Source: Squalus acanthias (taxonomy: Eukaryota). Taken from it: DNA of 64,000 nucleotides. Location of the stretch: contig CM059432.1 in assembly GCA_030390025.1 (NCBI GenBank), positions 138,448,001-138,512,000 of the forward strand. The letters run 5' to 3'. A program made the position numbers and the translations under genes. The notes under the pieces were generated by a model that did no database searches, was not told the DNA's origin, and saw only the letters and a program-made list of their open reading frames with translations. Positions 1-10,944 of this stretch are shown here, piece after piece (position 1 is the first letter of the stretch; every line of letters begins with the position of its first letter).

Positions 1-674
1 TTTTTATAGTTTTCGCTCGTAAATAAACCTCCATCAGTAAGTGGCACTGAAACTTAAGTCGTGCATGGAATAGAGACAAATTAAACTTTAGCTTTTGTTT
101 TCTGATTCTTTTTAAAAAGGAGAGAAAAAAAATCCACCACCATGGGGACAGGTGTTAATCTCTCCTATAAAATATCTGTGAACATTGTGGAAATAGTAAA
201 GGGCTCTTTCGAAGTGTTGATAAGAACCCAACCATTATATGACAGTCTGCTGTTGTCATTTGATTAATTTGCACACATACCAAAACTTCAGATGGATGAG
301 TCACCCAACAACTGCAACCGCTCAAAGATGTTGCTGACTTGGCAAAATAATTATTCTTCAAACTGTCAGCATGTGTGTTGAAAGACTGGTGCTGACAGTT
401 TTACTTGCTTGTGTTCCTTCATGAACCATGACTCGGAGATGGATTCCAAATACTGTCGGTGCAACAAACAATTTGTCTACTCCTTCCAGCTTCTCATCCA
501 AGCACTCCACGGTCCATCTTACATCACATCAAGATGTCTGCTGACTGACCGTAGATGCCATGCTAAGCATGACAAGAACCTTATTAGCAGGCCACTAGAA
601 ACTATAAGGAGCTGGCAGTGATCCGCATTGAAATTACCATGTTGGAAATACACAGTACATTGGTCAGTGTCTGA

Positions 675-1390
675 AGAAAGAAAGAAAGAAGACTTGCCTT
701 TCACCGTGTCCCAAAGCGCTTTACAGCCAATGAAGTATTTTTGAAGTGTAGTCTCTGTTGTAATGTAGGAATCACGGCAGCCAATTTGCACACAGCAAAC
801 TCCCACAAACAGCAATGTGATAATGACCAAATAATCTGTTTTAGTGATGTTGGTAGAGGGATAAATATTGCCCAGGACACCAGGGAGAACTCCCCTGATC
901 TTCTTCAAAATACAGGAAACTCTTTATTAACCGGCACCGACGGGACCGGCGTGGTGCCGGTTTATCGAAAGTACCGGATAACGGAGAGTTATATCTACCG
1001 AGGCTATTTTTAACAAAGAAAAATAAATAAATCAAGAAATGTGCAGTATACTTCCGACAGCGCCAGGAGGCCGAGTAGTGGCACTTTTGAAAACTACCCC
1101 TACTGACTAAATCGGCGTTCGCGGACTCGGACTCGGACTCGGGATCGGCAACATTGCCGGTTATTTGAGAGGAGTTTTCGGAGTACTCGGCATTCGCGGA
1201 GACTCGACTGCGACTCAGCAACATTGCCGGTTATTTGAGAGGAGTTTTCGGAGGATGATTTTTGCCGGTTAAGCGAGAATTCCGGATATTTGGGTGCCGG
1301 ATAAACAAAAGTTTCCTGTAGTGCCGTGGGATCTTTACGTCCACCTGAGAGGGCAGACGGGACCTCTGTTTAACGTCTCATCCAAAAGAT
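675..1390 (-). mobile_element. SacSINE1-like Deu-SINE (partial), interrupted by a DNA transposon
   Basis: Deu-domain and tail sequence match the other copies in the window. Confidence 0.85.
913..1318. mobile_element. Non-autonomous Tc1/pogo(Tigger)-like MITE
   Basis: Imperfect TIRs CAGGAAACTCTTTATTAACCGGCACC / GGTGCCGGATAAACAAAAGTTTCCTG, TA on both sides; splits the host SINE at aaaaTA|gtgccg. Confidence 0.8.
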
Positions 1391-1682
1391 ATTAAGAGCA
1401 AAGTCTCACTGGCAACACGCATGTAGATAGTGCAAGTCTAGTGCAATGCTTGTTCTGTACTTGGCATTGCCAATATTCAGCTACAAAGCATTTGTTTTAA
1501 TTAGTTCCCTCGACTGTTTGCTTGGGACTCTCTTACTTCCATGCAGTACCTGGGAGGGTAGGATAGCCTACAGTCTTCCCCCTGACCATCACCAAAGCCA
1601 ATTCTGCTTCACCACAGTCAGAGACTGAGAAAGCAGCTGGTGAGACACGCAAGTCATTCCTTCAGGAAAGACTAAACAGGCC

Positions 1683-2080
1683 TCCTCTAGAAAAGAGAAG
1701 GCTGAGGGGTGACCTGATCGAGGTCTTTAAGATTATGAAAGAGTTTGATAGGGTAGACGTAGAGAAGATGTTTCCACTTATGGGGGAGAGAAAAAACTCG
1801 GGGCCATAAATATAAGATAGTCACTAATAAATCCAATAGGGAATTCAGGAGAAACTTCTTTACCCAGAGAGTGGTGAGAATGTGGAACTCGCTACCACAA
1901 GGAGTAGTTGAGGCGAATAGTATAGATGCATTTTAGGGGAAGCTAGATAAGCATATGAGGGAGAAAGGAATAGAAGGATATGTTGATGGGGTTCGATGAA
2001 GAGGGGTGGGAGGAGGCTCGTGTGGAGCATAAACACCAACCAGTTGGGTCGAATGGCCTGTTTCTGTGCTGTAGACTCAA
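1683..2080 (+). mobile_element. CR1 LINE 3' fragment
   Basis: RRLRGDLIEVFKIMK...RRNFFTQRVVRMWNSLP coding remnant plus 3' UTR. Confidence 0.85.
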
Positions 2081-2636
2081 TAATGAAACTCAACCCGAGA
2101 TGGAATGTGCTGCCATTGGACTCGGTCGCCTGGCAACACAGCGGAGACCCGGTGAAATTGACATCTGATGGCAGGCAGCTTCAAGTGTCGGTCAGTCCCG
2201 GAGAAATCAAATCAACCACCAACTCAATCTGTAATCAGTGCTGTTATTTCTAGGCTGACTGCCAACTTCTTAATAATTAAAAAAAATATTCAGCCACACA
2301 GTATAGTCCGGAGCAGGAACCAAAAAAAAAAAGCCTGCGATCCTATTAATTCTGATTAACAGCTTATTTATTAGGCTTGACAGCATGAAGCGACGCATTA
2401 AGAGGGTATCTTCCTGGGCAGTCTTGTAACATTGAGGTTAGAACATTAGTTAATTAGCTCTAGTCAAGGTTCTGAGTACAGGCAATGCTTGCCACGGGAA
2501 TTGACCAGTCTCCATGGCTCTTGGCCTTCAATGGAATCGCACTGTTACAAAGACACAACAAAAATCAAGGTAAGAGGCTTCAGTCGGACATGTGAGCTTG
2601 CAGTATCTAGTCACAAGCCTGAGGATTAAAAGTATT

Positions 2637-3888
2637 GGGCCAGAATTTGCTGTCATGATAGCGGCGAGGCTAATGGCGCTCGCCGTTATTTATGGGTAAA
2701 TGGTGCAGCGATCTCAAGCAATGCGCGGTTAAATGTGAATATCTAAAAGTTGCTGTCCGAGTTGCACTGTTCTGCTGATTGCTTCGCGAAAACGGCATCT
2801 CGCCCTTAGCCTCCCCCCTTTTTTTTTTAGCAACTTGCTGTATTTGCCCATTAACTGGCCATTAAACTCGCCACAGAAAGTCAAGTCCTGTCATTACAAG
2901 CACAAGTACCCTCCTAATGACGTGCTGAGTGTCAATTGCTGCCAATCACCCTCTCTGGCACCAAAAATTAACTGCTACAAGTGTGGAGTCTCATTCCTTC
3001 AGCTTTTGAATTTTTCGGGGAGATTTTTTAAAAAAATGTTAAATAGGGTTCGATGAAGAGAGGTCGGGAGGAGTCTTGTGCGGAGCATAAACACCGGCAT
3101 AGACTAGACGGCCCGAATGGCCTGTTTGTGTGCTGCAAATGTCAAATTTTTAAAAAATCTTGCGTTTCCTTTTTCTCTTCTTTTTGTCTCTCTCTCTTAA
3201 TCCAATCTTTCTTTCCCTCTCTGTACCTGATTTGACATTGAATTTGCCCCCTTTAATTCACCTTCCTTCTTGTACTGATTTCCTAATCCTTAAATCTCAT
3301 TGGTGAAGGAGATACCCTGGCATAGTGGTTAGCACTGGTGCCTCACAGCGCCAGGGACCCGGGTTCGAATCCGGCCTCGGGTGACTGTCTGTGTGGAGTT
3401 TGCACATTCTCCCCGTGTCTGCGTGGGTTTCCTCCGGGTGCTCCGGTTTCCTCCCACAGTCCAAAAATGTGCGGGTTAGGTTGATTTGGCTATGATAAAT
3501 TGACCCTTAGTGTTAGGGGGGGATTAAATATGTGGTGTTACGGGGATAGGATGGGATATGTTAGGGGGAATTAAATACGTGGGGTTACGGGGATAGGGTG
3601 GGGATATGTGTCGGTGCAGGCTCGATGGGGATTCTGTGTGGGAAAGCAGGGACAGGGTACTGGATTTGGATGATCAGCCATGATTGTATTGAATGGTGGA
3701 GCAGGCTCGACGGGCCGAATGGCCTACTCCTGCTCTATGTTTCTATGTTTGCCCCCTGTTCACTCAGGTCCCAGATGTCCTGTTATCAGCCCGCACTTCC
3801 AACAACTTTGTGGGCAAAAGTTTTTTGAGCTGAAGGGCACGGGGCGGGGGCAGATCTAACTAACGGTGCCTTCAGCAAACTCTAGCCC
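2637..3888. mobile_element. PIF/Harbinger-like non-autonomous element with nested CR1 tail (~3045-3140) and HE1 SINE
   Basis: TIRs GGGCCAGAATTTGCTG / CAGCAAACTCTAGCCC with 3-bp ATT TSD; related inverted copy at 18961-19620. Confidence 0.7.
3318..3750 (+). mobile_element. HE1 (V-SINE family) tRNA-derived SINE
   Basis: A/B boxes (tggcatagtgg-like, ggttcgaatcc), V-domain GTGGAGTTTGCACATTCTCCCCGTGTCTGCGTGGG, CR1-type tail. Confidence 0.9.
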
Positions 3889-4155
3889 ATTATTATGCTA
3901 AAGGTGCCAATCTGAGACCAGGATCTGGTTTTTTTTTGTGTGACAAGTAGCTGACAGACCCCAGTTACCCTGCTGGGCTCCCCACTTCTTCTTTGTCCAA
4001 AGTAAATAGAGCAGAGTGAATGTGCGCGGGAATCTTAATGGCCCCGTCGAGTTAATGGTATTCGCAGAGAACTGTCGGCTACCCTGAATGACAAAAAAAA
4101 AATGAAATGTTAAAATTTCCCAATGTTGTTATACTGCGATGGGGTGAAGCTGACG

Positions 4156-4550
4156 CAACAACAGCAGCGTGCATTTATATAGCGCCTTTAACGTAGCAAA
4201 ACGTCCCAAGGCGCTTCACAGGAGCGATTATCAGATGTTGACACATAAGGAGATATTAGGACAGGTGCCCAAAAGCTTGGTCAAAGAGGTAGGATTTAAG
4301 GAGCATCTTAAAGGAGGAGAGGTAGAGAGGCAGAGAGGTTTAGGGAGGGAATTCCAGAGCTTGGGGTCTAGGCAGCTGAAGGCACGGCCGCCAAAGGTGG
4401 AGCGATGAAAATCGGGGATGCGCAAGAGGCCAGAATTGGAGGAGCGCAGAGATCTCGGAGGGTTGTGGGGCTGGAGGAGGTGACAGAGATAGGGAGGGGG
4501 CGAGGCCATGGTGAGGGATTTGAAAAGGAGAATGCGAATTTTAAAATCAA
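4156..4550 (-). mobile_element. L2 LINE 3' end
   Basis: DFKI...LRSS...GGRAFSC...LWNSLP remnant, (GTT)n tail. Confidence 0.85.
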
Positions 4551-4833
4551 CTCCTGGTGGGAGTCTCGCTCCTTTTACCAAAGTGTATTTTGTAGGACCT
4601 CACACCCAAGTTACACGACTTGTTTCTCACTCTTCCTGCCTGGGACAATCGAGGCCGCTCTTCCTCTTTGAATGTGCACTCACCTGCAGTTCGTGCTGGG
4701 TTCTGCTGTTTAATGTGAAAACCCAATTGCTCAATAAGAGCCTAAACATGGGGCCCAGCTCACTGTGCCTGTTCAAAGTGGCTCCCTTAATCCGACTGCA
4801 CTTCCACAAGCCAACATTTCATGGCTCTATGAG

Positions 4834-4992
4834 TAGGGGTTGCCAACCCTCCAGGATTGTCCTGGAGTTTCCGGTGAAAATTCATACGGGGCATGAAACA
4901 AAATTGTGTGTGTCTTTTTCATTTTGTCTGAACATTTCTGTTTATTAGATATTTAAAAAATTGGAAATGGGAAAGAAAAGGCGGTTTGACTG
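4834..4992 (+). mobile_element. hAT-like MITE, partial
   Basis: GGGTTGCCAACCCTCCAGGATTG terminus shared with the 42835 element. Confidence 0.6.
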
Positions 4993-5027
4993 CTCCCTTT
5001 ACAAAGTGGCATGGATCTGTTAACTTG

Positions 5028-5030
5028 TCA

Positions 5031-5069
<39 letters not shown>

Positions 5070-5495
5070 GTTGGGTTTGAGTCTGACTCCAGAGACTTGA
5101 GCACAAACCTAGGCTGACACTCCCAGTGCAGTACTGAGGGAGTGCTGCACTGTCGGAGGTGCCGTCTTTCTGATGCAACGTTAAACCGAGGCCCCGTCTG
5201 CCCTCTCGGGTGGACACAAAAGATCCCACGGCCACTATTTTGAAGAACAGCAGGGGAGTTCTCCCCGGTGTCCTGGCCAATATTTATCCCTCAACCAACA
5301 TCACTAAAAACAGATTATCTGGCCATTATCACAATGCTGTTTGTGGGACCTTGCTGTGCGCATACTTGCTGCAGCGTTTCTTACTTTACAACAGTGACTA
5401 CACTTCAAAATGACTTCATTGACTGCGAAGCGCTTTGGGACGTCCCGAGATTGTGAAAGGCGCTATATAAATGCAAGTCTTTTCTTTCGTTCTTT
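5028..5495 (+). mobile_element. SacSINE1-like Deu-SINE, near full length
   Basis: tRNA-like head, Deu domain, L2-type tail AAGGCGCTATATAAATGCAAG. Confidence 0.88.
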
Positions 5496-5734
5496 ATGGT
5501 TTGAGCTACCAGTAAAACTGCTGCTGGGGGGGGGTCTTTGAAAAAGACATCAGAAATAATACATTTGGAAAGTCCTCTGGAGCCTGCAGTGACAAATGGA
5601 ACACACTACCCCCTCCCCCTGTCGATGAATTACAAGTGAAAGTCTGAGCCATTTGATGGCCTTGTTTACATGCACAGGACATGACGTATTTCTGATGTCA
5701 AGTTGTCTTTTGCTGCCCTTCAACCCATGGAAAT

Positions 5735-6048
5735 CAGGTTGCCAGCCCTGGCTGGGCGTATCCTGGAGGTTTCCTCACGTGACCTCCCACCTCCAACCAC
5801 CCCGCCCCAGTTAAACAGCCCTTTTTGTTTAAATCTTTCTCCTATATTCTTAAAACTAATAAAACGAAAAGGCAAAATAGACACACAATTTTTTTGTTCT
5901 AATGCCCCTTATGAATTTTTTTCCCCCGGAGGTCGTTCGCAGCAGTGTCCTGGAGATTAATCCTTAATTCATGGAGACTCCGGCGGGGGTGGGGGGGGGG
6001 GGGGGGAGGGGAGGGGGGGAGGGGATTCCGGGGGGGTTGGCAATCCTA
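5735..6048 (-). mobile_element. hAT-like MITE
   Basis: Termini AGGTTGCCA / TGGCAATCCT; body homologous to the 42835-45719 element. Confidence 0.7.
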
Positions 6049-6739
6049 ACTCCACCTCAGGTTTTCCCCAAGAAGATATTTCCGCGTCTAATCTAGAAGT
6101 AGAGTGACGCAGAAGAATTATAGCAATGCCTAAACCACGCATAAACAATTTAGTTCTGTATCTGCAGTACAAGCCTGTGTAGGATTTAAGGGTTTGGTCA
6201 TACCGCTACCCTTTATTGTCAAATTTAGTAGACCTTAAATAGCTGATCTACTAAACTATTCATTCTGCTAGATGTTGGCGCTGCCATTATGTGTCCAATA
6301 AATAGATGACAATGACATAAAATTTTATGCCTCTCATACTTTATGTGGCAAAAAATCAATTCTGTTTTAATTGCAGCCCAAACTGAGGTCTTCCTCATCT
6401 AAACATGAACAATAACATTTTACCACCCACTGACAGCGACTGCTGATGATATTGTCCCACTAATGATTTATTTGATTTGTCTTTGCTCGTAGCACCATTT
6501 TGAGAAACAGTTCTAATTTTAAGTGAAAGTTTTAGTAGAGCATTAAGGACTGCGTTTTGAATGCTGGATTCTCATTAAGAGCGTGCGTATGGCTGCAAAA
6601 TAAAAACAAGCTGTGATGGTTATCATACTGAAATCTCTCAACATCAACTGACGAGACGCCTTGTGTGTTGATATTTTTTTTCCGTGGTGAATCCCAAATA
6701 TCGCACACATGGGCCAGGCTGTTGTAACGTTACAGGGAA

Positions 6740-6920
6740 CGTACAGCACAGAAACTGGCCATTCGACCCAACAGGTCCGTGCCGGTGTTTATGCTCCACA
6801 CGAGCCTCCTCCCACCCCTCTTCATCTCACCCCATCAGCATATCCTTCGATTCCTTTCGCCCTCTTGTGTTTATCTAGCTTCCCCTTAAATGCATCTATG
6901 CTATTTGCCTCAACCACCCC
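6740..6920 (-). mobile_element. CR1 3' tail
   Basis: Reverse complement matches the 1900-2075 tail. Confidence 0.8.
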
Positions 6921-7046
6921 AGTTCCACATTGTAACCGGAAATTCTATCACCAGGCTACAAGAGAACCACAGAGATGAGTAAAGGAGACAGAAACAGAAG
7001 GAGAAGAGGACAGAAACAGACAAACAAAACACTGACATCAGACACT

Positions 7047-7330
7047 GAATAAGGGGTCGGCCATTTAGGACTGAGATGAGGAGAAATTTCTTCACTCAAA
7101 GGGTTGTTAATCTTTGGAATTCTCTACCTCAGAGGGCGGTGGATGCTCAGTCGTTGAGTTTAGTCAAGACAGAGATTGATAGATTTTTAGATACTAAAAG
7201 AACCAAGGGATATGGGAATAGTACGGGAAGGTGGAGTTGAGGTAGAAAATCAGCCATGATTTTATTGAATGGGGGAAGCAGGCTCGAAGGGCGAATGGCC
7301 TACTCCTGCTTCTATTTCTTATGTTCTTAT
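7047..7330 (+). mobile_element. CR1 LINE 3' fragment
   Basis: GRPFRTEMRRNFFTQRVVNLWNSLP; ttatgttctt tail. Confidence 0.85.
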
Positions 7331-9386
7331 AACTACTGCTGTAACCTGATGGTATTTTACAGGCAATAGCTGCACTGCAATTGTAGGCTGCAGCGGAGAA
7401 TTGAACAAGAGCAACTTTTTCTTTCAGTACTGTGGATGGATTTGGCGCCTTTTTTTTCTCTCTCGCTGTTTGTTGATGAGCCGGAGAGTAAAATTTACAG
7501 CATTTCCGCGTCATTCTGGTGAAGCAGCGAGTATCTGGTCTGCTTCAAGACTTTTAATACTCAAATCCTCACAGCGCTTTGAAGATGGCAATCAGTGGCC
7601 CCTAGAGATTGATAAAGAGGCTGCTCGCATGGTATGAAAGAGTATGTTAAAGGTCCCTCTGTGCCTGTAATAATCTTCATTAAATCTATAAATAAACAAA
7701 ATGCCTTTTTTTCTTCATTTTAAATCTCTTCACACATGCTGAAAGAAAGGAACAAGCACAAGGTTGACAGTGTATTTACTCAGCTTTAGTCCATGCCGGC
7801 AGAAGACTGTCATAATTTAGGAACGATCAGGCTTTCCTCATTCAAGGAATAAACTGGACAGTGCAATGTTTGTATCCTCCATGTATGTGCGACGTTTTAA
7901 TATTTGTCATTTGGGGGCCTAGTCAGCTCTCGACTCACAGCACACACTACTGAATCTCCATGTACTTTAGGCCAATTTGTTTGTCACTTATCGAACGTGA
8001 GCATTACAAAACCATTTTTGCATCATTTATTCGCATAATTCTCCTTCTCCTGTAATTTTCTTTCAATTCAAAAGAAAAGAGTAATCTTTTGCTCCCGAGC
8101 AGCTGCGCATTGCCGTATTTGCACAACAGGACCGGGTTCCATGCGTTACGTTGCTGCAAAAAAAATGGAAAATTTCCATGCAATTTGTAAACCTTAATAT
8201 GAAAACTTAACGTTTAATCTGTGGGGGCTCTGGAGGCACAACACTCCACTCCAGCTATCCATTATACAAGTTAGGCAAACAGAGCCCGGATCGCACCTTG
8301 CCCTTTGGAATGAACCCCGCGGTGCATTACATTTCCTGGGATTATAAATGCATTGAAAGCTCCTCTCTCGTATCAATTTGAAATTATGCCGCTATTGAGT
8401 CCCAGTACAACAAAATGCCGTACCTATGTTTCTCTTTGTGGCCCTCTGCAATTACCAGAAATGCACAAGTATAATTCAGCTCAGGTGAAATTCAATCAGT
8501 CATCTCTGTGGCAAGAAAGAAATCAGCATCTATAAGAAAAAAAAAATAGGATGCAGGCATCTTCCTCCCTACAGCTGAAACAAAAGGGGTCTCTGGCACA
8601 GACCAAAGGGATTCCAGCACGTTTTAGCAGTACTTGCTCTGCTTGCTGCGTTATGAAAAGGATAACTGAACATCTACTGGCAGAATGTGCACAGCACTCT
8701 GCTTCCTGGATGCTTCCCATAAGCATTTAAATCATGTTGCTGTTTTCTTCAATGCTCTTATCCCAGACGTGCAAACACTAGTTGACAGCACAATAAACTT
8801 GCAAGCTCTGGCTGGGCCATACATAATTTATGATTTTTAATATGCTCACTGAAGAGCTTGTGTCCCATCGTCTGAATTATCAATGCATAAAGAAATTATA
8901 ACGGAATATTTTTACACATCGTTTGAAGCTATCTTTCGAACAATGGCGACAGCTCCTCATTTTCAACAACAATGGAAGGGCAAGCAAGGAGTCAAACTCA
9001 TTAGAATATCTGCTACTTCACTCTGCTCTCTCCATATCCAACTCCCGTAATGTCCGTTGTCAGTTATTAATAACAATTAACCAGCAATCAGTGCCTGCGA
9101 CTCTTTGGAGGTGGTCGCGGGCTGACAGGCAAAATAAGAGAGGGACCGAGATCAAAGGCTAGGCATTGACGTGGAACCACAGGCCAGAGCATGGGCTTCA
9201 CCACAGATCATTTCAAGCCTTGGTCTTGGCTTCAGAATGCCTACTTCTTACTCCCGCAGAGCTCAAGTTAGAACATTTGAATTTGAAGAGATGATCAGGT
9301 GTGTTAAACCAACTTAGCAGTTTGATACTCTAAGTGAATTGGGTACTTACCAATACTGCACTGATGGAAGCCCTATGGAGATTGCA

Positions 9387-9568
9387 GGGGTGATGTTTAT
9401 TTCTGGGTGATGGTGACAAATGGGCGGCATCGAAATGGCCGCCCATCATAGACTGCCCAATTCCCCCTTCCATTGACATCAATTGTCAGGAAATCCATGC
9501 GTGGTGCATAATGGGCGGCCATTTCGATATCGTCAGTTTTACACCATCACCCATAATTAAAGTTACCC
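9387..9568. mobile_element. Short palindromic MITE
   Basis: Arms TGGGTGATGGTG...ATCGAAATGGCCGCCCAT / ATGGGCGGCCATTTCGAT...CACCATCACCCA. Confidence 0.6.
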
Positions 9569-10450
9569 GCCCCCCCCACCCCACGTGTTGTGTGCAAACA
9601 CTGTGCAAACTGAGCTAAACCTCCTCATTGAACTTCTTGTGTTCACTTTCAATGTTAGCATTGCGGCTGACCAAGTTAGGCAGACATTCTGATACAACAT
9701 GCCAAACAGAATGCCACATCTCTCGCACCTACACAACCATTCTCACTTGACACTGCCTTTACAAACCATATGGCAGCCAATCCCATCATGTGAACGGAAT
9801 TCTGGAATCTAAAAGTTTAGTTTATAAATTTATGTGAGTGATCTTTCTTTAAAATTCTAAATGATATCAATATATATAAATTAAGATTTTCAATTGTTGC
9901 TCCGATCAAGCTTTTTGAGGATTAAATTGACATTTCTTCATAAAACATTTTTTTTTTAACCGAGTGGCTAATACTTTATTCAGAGAAGAGCACGATTTCA
10001 AAATGTTCTGGGATTCTGGATGCTTCTCTCATATTTTAATTTTGAACATTCACCGTGAGAAATGTACAGGGGAAAATGTGTTAAGGCTATACAATTGAAA
10101 ACAGCGAATGTTCAGAAATGGCGGAACGCACGGACCACGTTTACTGTTAGTCTTCGGTTCTCTGAACTGAGGACTGTCGCAAGCAACGGTCCCGCTCAGC
10201 TGCGCGGCCATGCAGTCACCTGCAAGGTCCCGCACAGGCCGCTCACCCGGCTTTTCCACTGTAGGTACCGCGCGGGCGCAAACATCTGAACGGGCCGCGC
10301 ACCAGGAGAGGCAGGCCGCGCAGGAGGCAGCATGGCTTACGGGGGGGGGACATTGGATCACGAGTGCCACTTACTTGTCAACAAATGCACTGCGATGGCC
10401 TACAATATAACACACGACCTTTAATATAAAATACAGGTTCAAATATAACT

Positions 10451-10456
10451 TTTATT
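10451..10456 (-). terminator. Candidate AATAAA polyadenylation signal (another at 9975-9980)
   Basis: tttatt on the plus strand about 490 nt past the stop, in AT-rich UTR-like sequence. Confidence 0.45.
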
Positions 10457-10931
10457 TTTTTCTCACAAAACTGCAGTAGTTATGGAATTACGTCGACAGT
10501 AATTGCTTCCAGTTTAAAGTTCAAAAAGGTAATAAATCGAATTGCAAAGATGTCAATACATTTTTATATTAATGTGCTTCTTTTTTTTTTTGTTACCTAA
10601 GCCAGGCCCTGTACATCCTTCTTCCAAGTATACAATCAAACTTAAATATGTGCTCACCTGAAACAAATCAAAAAATTCTGAATTTGAAACTGTGAGGCTA
10701 TCTGACAACATTGTTACAGGAACCCATGACAAGAAAAATAATTGCAGCAATGAGTTCAATAGTGATTCTAGTTCTCTGGAGATTATTTGTTATGAAATGT
10801 TAAGAACAAAAAAAAGAAAAAAGACAAATAGGTACACACTGTCTAGACATATGAGGAAATGTTCATTAAATTCATCCTGGAGTGTTTTCATCATGCTCTG
10901 TGTTTATCAGTACGTGCTCAGTTACACATCT

Positions 10932-10940
10932 GCTTACCTG
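10932..10940 (-). promoter_or_regulatory. Consensus 5' splice site CAG|GTAAGC, 7 nt after the stop codon
   Basis: Minus strand reads TAG TACCCAG|GTAAGC. Confidence 0.6.
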
Positions 10941-10944
10941 GGTA

